From Sulfolobales archaeon (GTDB lineage Archaea > Thermoproteota > Thermoprotei_A > Sulfolobales > AG1), in NCBI GenBank assembly GCA_038867615.1, contig JAWBYA010000003.1, forward strand, positions 192,001 to 256,000: a stretch of 64,000 bases of DNA, given 5' to 3'. Both the position numbers and the translations under genes were made by a program. Every line of letters begins with the position of its first letter. The stretch's first letter is position 1. The notes under the pieces are model-generated. The model worked only from the letters and a program-made list of their open reading frames with translations, did no database searches and was not told where the DNA came from. Shown here piece by piece: positions 58,335 to 64,000 of the stretch.

Positions 58335-59390
58335 CCCCCTACCCCCTCCCTTATAAGATAATCAATTCACGTCTTTTAAGCAATAATGGTATTGGTAATA
58401 AAGGATCCGTTAAAGGAGATAGCTTTGCCCCTAGAATGACTTTGTTGCGTCACATAAAGGTTTTCTTAGCCCAGAACTAGGGGTATTCTTTTAGGTCTAG
58501 ATGCACAAGCCCTATGTTTATTGCCTTAACTTTTTCCAAGTTCACCATGGCTTCTAGTTTTTCTTTTTCCATCACTCATAGGTTTAATTGAGTATAGCGT
58601 TTGTTCTTAATGTCAGTACGGTGTTTTGTATAGAGTTACTTAGTCGGTAGAAAAGAAATTAGATCTTTCTAATAGCTTTCTTTTTTGTTTCTTGTTATAT
58701 CTGAGATCTGTATCTCTGCTAAACTATCTGTGTGTATTGAAATATTATTGATTGGATAGATTCTAGGCGTATATTGGTACGATCCTCATGTATGGTGTTC
58801 CTCGGTAAAGAACCGTGTTAATAGATCTTCCAGCATTAGTTGCTTTACCTAGCTTCTCTCTACGTTGGTATTTATTAAATTAAGATCGAAGCTGTGATAT
58901 CTTGTAAGTATTTATGCGATGTTAGGATTAAGGATCGATTTGGCATGGTTTTGTTTGCTCTCCGGCTATCTCGGTTAGCACTTCATGGTGTTGAGAGAAG
59001 AAGCAGCATTGATCGTTAATAGTAATTATTCTCATTACAATAGCTATTGAAATTGGTGCCATAGCCAGTTGTTTCTGGTTTCATGGTGGTTTATAGGGGG
59101 ACATGGTGTGGTTTTGTTGTTCTATCCCGCCCAGCAGTGGGGGTGGAGATAGAGATCCTAGGGGTGGGTTAAATAAAAGCCGGGGTGTGGGGGTTTCTCT
59201 GCGGCATTGGGTTGGGGTCGAGGGTATGGGCTTCGATGAAAGGATCCCTGGGGCCGGTGAAGCCAAGGACTGAGCAGTTGGTACAAAATCACCCGCTATG
59301 AGATCCAAACCCCGATTCGGTGTATCCTGTGTCCAGGGTATGATGATCAAGCTTTTTATCCTCCTAGGGTAGTGAGGGGTGGTGGTCTTT

Positions 59391-60566
59391 ATGAGCAAGG
59401 AGAAGACAACTGTTTCTGTTATAAAGGCTGATATTGGCTCCCTAGCTGGGCATCACATAGTTCATCCCGATACTCTCGCAATAGCTTCAAGAATCCTTGC
59501 TGAGGGTAAGTCGAAGGGTATTATAACAGACTATTATGTTACAAATGTAGGCGATGATCTTCAGTTGATAATGACACATAGAAAGGGCGTTGATAACAAT
59601 GCTGTTCACGAGCTTGCATGGAATGCTTTCAAAGAAGCTGCAAGGATTGCTAAGGAGCTTGGTCTCTATGCAGCTGGACAGGATCTCTTGAGCGACGCTT
59701 TCAGTGGTAACGTGAGGGGTCTCGGTCCGGGGGTTGCTGAGATGGAGTTTGAGGAGAGACCTTCAGAACCTATAGTGATCTTTATGGCTGATAAGACAGA
59801 GCCCGGGGCTTTCAACCTACCGATGTACAGAATATTCGCAGATCCTTTCAACACGGCTGGTTTAGTAATAGATCCCAGGCTTCACCAGGGCTTCAAGTTC
59901 ACAGTATATGATGCCTTTGAAGGGAGGGAGATAACCCTAAATGCTCCAGAAGAGATCTACGATCTGCTGGCCATTATAGGAACACCTGGGAGGTTTATAG
60001 TGAGAAGGGTTAATAGGAAGAGCGATGACGAGATAGCAGCTGTAGTTAGCGTTGAGAGGCTAAGCCTCATAGCTGGTAGGTATGTTGGTAAAGATGATCC
60101 TGTAGCTATAGTAAGAGCCCAGAGCGGTTTCCCAGCAGTAGGCGAGATACTCGAGGCCTTCACACACCCACACCTAGTGGCAGGCTGGATGAGGGGTAGC
60201 CATCACGGCCCGCTTATGCCGGTAGGGCTGAGACACGCTAAGGTGACAAGGTTCGACGGCCCGCCAAGGGTTGTCGCACTAGGCTTTAACATTAAGAACG
60301 CTAAGCTCGTAGGCCCAGCAGATCTGTTTGACGATGTAGCGTTTGACGAGGTCAGGAGAATGGCTCTAATTATTGCTGATTATATAAGGAGACATGGTCC
60401 CATGATGCCACACAGGCTCGGGCCGGAGGAGATGGAGTATACAACACTTCCAGAGGTTCTCCAGAGGCTTAGCAGCAGGTTTGTCGAAACAGGCGAGAAA
60501 AAAGCTGCTAAGCCGAAAGTAACGTCAGAACTTCTAACATCTGAGAAAGAGAAAGAGGCCGATTAG
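59391..60566 (+). CDS. fbp: Fructose-1,6-bisphosphate aldolase/phosphatase
   Basis: SVIKADIGSLAGHH, GLYAAGQDLL, DKTEPGAFNLP, YVGKDDP, GWMRGSH, FDGPP, EMEYTTLP. Confidence 0.97.
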   Translation: MSKEKTTVSVIKADIGSLAGHHIVHPDTLAIASRILAEGKSKGIITDYYVTNVGDDLQLIMTHRKGVDNNAVHELAWNAFKEAARIAKELGLYAAGQDLLSDAFSGNVRGLGPGVAEMEFEERPSEPIVIFMADKTEPGAFNLPMYRIFADPFNTAGLVIDPRLHQGFKFTVYDAFEGREITLNAPEEIYDLLAIIGTPGRFIVRRVNRKSDDEIAAVVSVERLSLIAGRYVGKDDPVAIVRAQSGFPAVGEILEAFTHPHLVAGWMRGSHHGPLMPVGLRHAKVTRFDGPPRVVALGFNIKNAKLVGPADLFDDVAFDEVRRMALIIADYIRRHGPMMPHRLGPEEMEYTTLPEVLQRLSSRFVETGEKKAAKPKVTSELLTSEKEKEAD

Positions 60567-60579
60567 AAGAGGATCTTTA

Positions 60580-61329
60580 ATGAGAATCCCGGTTCTTGTA
60601 ATAAATTTTAAGACTTACCGCACATCCTACGGCCAGTCGGGGCTAAGCATAGCTAAGTCTGCTGAGAAAGTCGCTCTAGAGACAGGTCTCAACATTGTGA
60701 TAGCCCCGCCCCTTCTCGAGACATCCTTTATAGTCAAGAACGTTGGTATAGATGTTTATACACAACATGTTGAGCCGCTATACTATGGGGCATATACTGG
60801 ACATACACCGATAGAGGCTCTGAGGGATCTGGGGGTTAGAGGGGTTATTGTTAATCACAGTGAGAACCAGATTGATCTTAAAAGTATTATAAGAATATCG
60901 GAGATCGCAAGATCCATGGGATTAGGAGTCATAGCATGTTCGGACAGCACAGGTCTAGCAGAAATAATAGCAAGGCATGCAATGCCGGATGCCATAGCCC
61001 TAGAGCCGCCGGAGCTCATAGGGAGCGGTATAGCTGTTTCCAAAGCAAGACCCGAGATCATTATCGAGGGTGTCAGAGCGGTGAAACACGTCTCTAAGCA
61101 TATGCTGCAGAATACCGAGCGAGTGCCGCGAGATATAGCTGTCCTAGCCGGGGCTGGTATATCGTCTCGGGAAGATGTTGCAAGAGCTATAGAATTAGGG
61201 GCTGAGGGAGTGCTTGTGGCATCCGCAATAATGCTCTCCAAATCTCCGGAGAGCGTTATAATGGATTTTGCGCAATCTATGCTCAAGGCTTGGGATGAGA
61301 GAAGGGGTTCTGGTGTTAAGAGAGCATAG
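60580..61329 (+). CDS. tpiA: Triosephosphate isomerase (archaeal type)
   Basis: INFKTY, QH, GAYTG, NHSE, EPPELIGSG, GAGI, GVLVAS. Confidence 0.95.
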   Translation: MRIPVLVINFKTYRTSYGQSGLSIAKSAEKVALETGLNIVIAPPLLETSFIVKNVGIDVYTQHVEPLYYGAYTGHTPIEALRDLGVRGVIVNHSENQIDLKSIIRISEIARSMGLGVIACSDSTGLAEIIARHAMPDAIALEPPELIGSGIAVSKARPEIIIEGVRAVKHVSKHMLQNTERVPRDIAVLAGAGISSREDVARAIELGAEGVLVASAIMLSKSPESVIMDFAQSMLKAWDERRGSGVKRA

Positions 61330-61597
61330 TTACGGATCCAAAGGATTCTGCGAGGTATGTTGGGAAAAACCAGCGATGTTTATATGTGTAAAATGTGGTC
61401 GCAGTGTCTGTAATGATCATCTAGGGTTTGGTGGCACGTGCGTGATATGTAGATCTGTGCTATGTAACATCTGCGGCAAGAACTTAGCAATAATAAGCTG
61501 TATTTCGTGCGGCAGGCTCACATGCTATGGGTGTCTCGATAGAAGGTATAATAACCCGCTATGTATGTTGTGTAAAATAGGATCTATAAAACAGTGA
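61313..61597 (+). CDS. Small Cys-rich multi-zinc-finger protein
   Basis: CEVC..CVKCGRSVCNDH..CVIC..CNIC..CISCGRLTCYGC..CMLC; GTG start overlapping the tpiA end. Confidence 0.75.
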   Translation: MLREHSYGSKGFCEVCWEKPAMFICVKCGRSVCNDHLGFGGTCVICRSVLCNICGKNLAIISCISCGRLTCYGCLDRRYNNPLCMLCKIGSIKQ

Positions 61598-62026
61598 GAG
61601 CTGGTTTAATTTTCATAACGGTTAAATGGTGTTGTAGCCATTCTATTCATAGTTTAGCTAGTCTCAGGGGTCCTTATGCCGGAACCTACATAGTTGATTC
61701 ATAATCCTAGCCATTTCAAGATGGCGCTAATTACGATCTTCTTTCATTGTTCATCTCTGCTTTGTTGTTTGATGAAACCTCATGCCGGTTTTCTTCTTCT
61801 CTCGTCATGCATGTTTGGTCTTTAAAGTGATTTGCCTGCATGGCTGTTAGATAATGTTGAAGAACAACAAATTGTATTGTATGAGGATTCGGTGGTGTTG
61901 GATATCGTCCGCTATAGATCTTCACGGGATCCGTTGTGTTTTGTAGAAGATTATGGTGGTTAAAAACGTGGTTTTGGATATGAGATGATTCATGCCTGTA
62001 TGGCGACGGACATCGATAGATCTTTC

Positions 62027-63169
62027 TCACAGGGTTCCAAACCGTTTGTTCCATTCTTCATAGCTACGCAGCATATCTTGAGATATGCTTGGCTTTCTCT
62101 TTGAAACAGCCTCTATTAGATCTTTCATTTGGATTGGTCTCGGTTTACCACCTATGGCTCCCTTCTCGAATAACTCGTCAACAACCTTGGAATATGCTTC
62201 CCTCACTATATCTACTATGTCGCTTGCCGAGTACCCCTCCGTGATCTTTGCTATCTCTTCGAGGTTGACGCCTGGGTCTAGTTCTAAGTTTCTACAGTAG
62301 TGCTTTAGAAGCGCTAACCTCGTCTCGTAGTTGGGGCTCGGAACATATATTCTCTTCTGGAACCTTCTTATAAACCCTATATCAAGGGACCATGGTTTGT
62401 TTGTGGTACCTATAACAAAGATCATCTCCCTGCTTCCCTTACTATAGAGCCCGTCCATTTCTTTAAGAAACTGGTTCCTAACCCTCACCTCTCCTCCAAC
62501 CTCTGAGGAGAAGACACCCATTAGAGAGTCAACCTCGTCTATGACTATGATTACTGGTCTACCGCCTTCTGCGATCCGTCTTGCAGTATCGAAAATCCTC
62601 CTAACATTCTTCTCAGCATCTCCCAACCATTTTGACATTATATCTGATGCATCTATAGGTATGAAGGCGGCCTTGATCTCGTTTGCCACAGCAGCGGCAA
62701 GCATGGTTTTACCGTTTCCCGGGGGTCCAAAGAGGAGCACCCCCTTATCCCAGCCTATCTTATCGATATACAGATCTGGTCTCTTCACTGGATAGATTAT
62801 GGCTTTTTTAATAGCCTTCTTAACATCGTCTAGATCTACTATATCTTCGAAAGTTATTTTAGGAGGCTCTTTAACAAGATCTCTCTCTATCGATTGAGAA
62901 CCGCTCTCCTCATTTCTCCCAGCAACCCCGATTTTCTCTAGGCTTTTTTCGAGAAACACTGCCCGCTCCTCATAGCTCCTTATGAACTCTACATAGGCTT
63001 CCCTCAACCCTGTGTCTGGGTTTATGCTTAAGATCCTTCTGAGGATCTGTGCAGCCGCTTTGTAGTATTTCACAGCATCTTCATAGTTGCCTGTCCTCTC
63101 CGCCATCACAGCCTTGTCGGCATACTCCTTGGCTGTTCTTTCTAAAAGACTTGTTGAGTAACCGCTCAA
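62027..63169 (-). CDS. cdvC: Cell division ATPase CdvC (Vps4) with MIT domain
   Basis: MIT helices, LLFGPPGNGKT, SKWLGDAEK, DEVD, TNKPW, RRFQKRIY; downstream of cdvB. Confidence 0.93.
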   Translation of the reverse strand: MSGYSTSLLERTAKEYADKAVMAERTGNYEDAVKYYKAAAQILRRILSINPDTGLREAYVEFIRSYEERAVFLEKSLEKIGVAGRNEESGSQSIERDLVKEPPKITFEDIVDLDDVKKAIKKAIIYPVKRPDLYIDKIGWDKGVLLFGPPGNGKTMLAAAVANEIKAAFIPIDASDIMSKWLGDAEKNVRRIFDTARRIAEGGRPVIIVIDEVDSLMGVFSSEVGGEVRVRNQFLKEMDGLYSKGSREMIFVIGTTNKPWSLDIGFIRRFQKRIYVPSPNYETRLALLKHYCRNLELDPGVNLEEIAKITEGYSASDIVDIVREAYSKVVDELFEKGAIGGKPRPIQMKDLIEAVSKRKPSISQDMLRSYEEWNKRFGTL

Positions 63170-63184
63170 ATAGTCCCACTCCTC

Positions 63185-64000
63185 TCACTTCACTATACTG
63201 ATCTTGTTGCCTTTAACAAGTCTATCAAGCGAGGCCATTACATCCTCTCTCGAGCACCCATAGTTTCTGGTAAAATCCTCTATATCTAAGAAACCTCCTC
63301 GAGATATTATGTAGTCTAGGAGAGCCTTATCGAGATCTTCGGGAGATCTTATGTATTTATTGCTATGGGCAATAGATCCTTTATGCTCGGCAACTCTTAC
63401 ATCCTTGCTAACCTTTGCATCGCTTTGGCCTTTGTAATGATTGGTCATAACGGCATAGACGTCTGGTGGTAGCGATACTGTATCCTCGTTGATATCTATT
63501 GTCACCAGCTTTGCAAGCTCGGGGAGCATTTGGGGGAGTGTTTCATCAACGCTTCTATCAGCATCGGTTATTATTTTCTTAAGCAGTTCAGAGGCTTCTC
63601 TAGAATCCGGTTTTACCGTGTGCTCTAGCATAGGCTCTGGGGTTGATGTAGCTCCCGTTATCGCGTTTATCTCTCCCATGACTCTCTCTAGAGATACCGC
63701 TACGTTTGGTACTATAGGTGCTATTTGAGGTTTCAGGAGATCTAGGAGCTTCTGGAACTCTATGAGTGATGGTCTTATCTTATCAAGCTCGCTTAGAGTG
63801 CCGACCCTTAGTTTTAGCTGCTCTATGAATGTTAGGGCTATCCTCAGCCTCCTATAGATCTTTTTTATCTCAACCATCTCGTTGGCATATATAGTAGCTC
63901 TGGCCATGTTCTTCTCAGTGACAGCTTTGAGGGCTTGTGTGTATAGCTCGTTATATCTCCTCTGCATCTTCCTAGCGACTTCCTCTATAGCATTGTAGCT
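63185..64000 (-). CDS. cdvB: Cell division protein CdvB (ESCRT-III), 5' end outside window
   Basis: RATIYANEMVEIKK Snf7-like helix and C-terminal wHTH (LLDYIISRGGFLDI..LVKGNKI); frame open to window edge. Confidence 0.9.
   Translation of the reverse strand, partial: SYNAIEEVARKMQRRYNELYTQALKAVTEKNMARATIYANEMVEIKKIYRRLRIALTFIEQLKLRVGTLSELDKIRPSLIEFQKLLDLLKPQIAPIVPNVAVSLERVMGEINAITGATSTPEPMLEHTVKPDSREASELLKKIITDADRSVDETLPQMLPELAKLVTIDINEDTVSLPPDVYAVMTNHYKGQSDAKVSKDVRVAEHKGSIAHSNKYIRSPEDLDKALLDYIISRGGFLDIEDFTRNYGCSREDVMASLDRLVKGNKISIVK

Noticed and set aside
59081-59398. 105-aa Pro-rich minus-strand ORF
   Set aside because: By-product of the G-rich plus-strand element upstream of fbp
61731-62054. 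107-aa ORF downstream of cdvC
   Set aside because: Atypical composition (Asn/His/Gln-rich), overlaps the cdvC end, no family recognised
1-64000. Many 60-220 aa ORFs antisense to or overlapping real genes (e.g. 2718-3209, 24952-25491, 28497-29150, 48701-49216)
   Set aside because: Ser/Ile/Leu/Pro-rich shadow frames of well-supported genes; no motifs
1-64000. CRISPR array, transposase, integrase, rRNA
   Set aside because: No regularly spaced direct repeats or recognisable motifs seen on either strand

Overview
Core chromosomal segment of a hyperthermophilic crenarchaeon (Thermoproteota). The cdvB-cdvC ESCRT-III division genes, crenarchaeal-type speH, S30e and an Aeropyrum/Sulfolobus-type archaellin point to Desulfurococcales/Sulfolobales rather than Thermoproteales. 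It contains about 55 protein genes: two peptide ABC clusters, thiDN and an HTH-ThiN regulator, ppsA, fbp, tpiA, top6AB, tmcA, trm1, ychF, copA/copM, a GH38 mannosidase and others. There are also 7 tRNAs (3 with introns) and at least one clear C/D-box sRNA. No CRISPR array, transposase or integrase is visible. Most notable observations: (1) strong window-wide enrichment of GATC/RGATCY, including in intergenic DNA; (2) a C/D guide complementary to the tRNA-Leu in this window, predicting Um44; (3) homologous introns in tRNA-Thr(UGU) and tRNA-Met; (4) a 111-bp near-identical inverted repeat between two ABC ATPase genes; (5) two palindromic operators flanking the TATA box of a COG1373 ATPase; (6) a co-oriented trio of secreted coiled-coil protein, membrane-anchored wHTH and DUF350-like gene, the last missed by the ORF track because it lacks a canonical start. 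All family assignments come from motif recognition by eye; no database searches were run.
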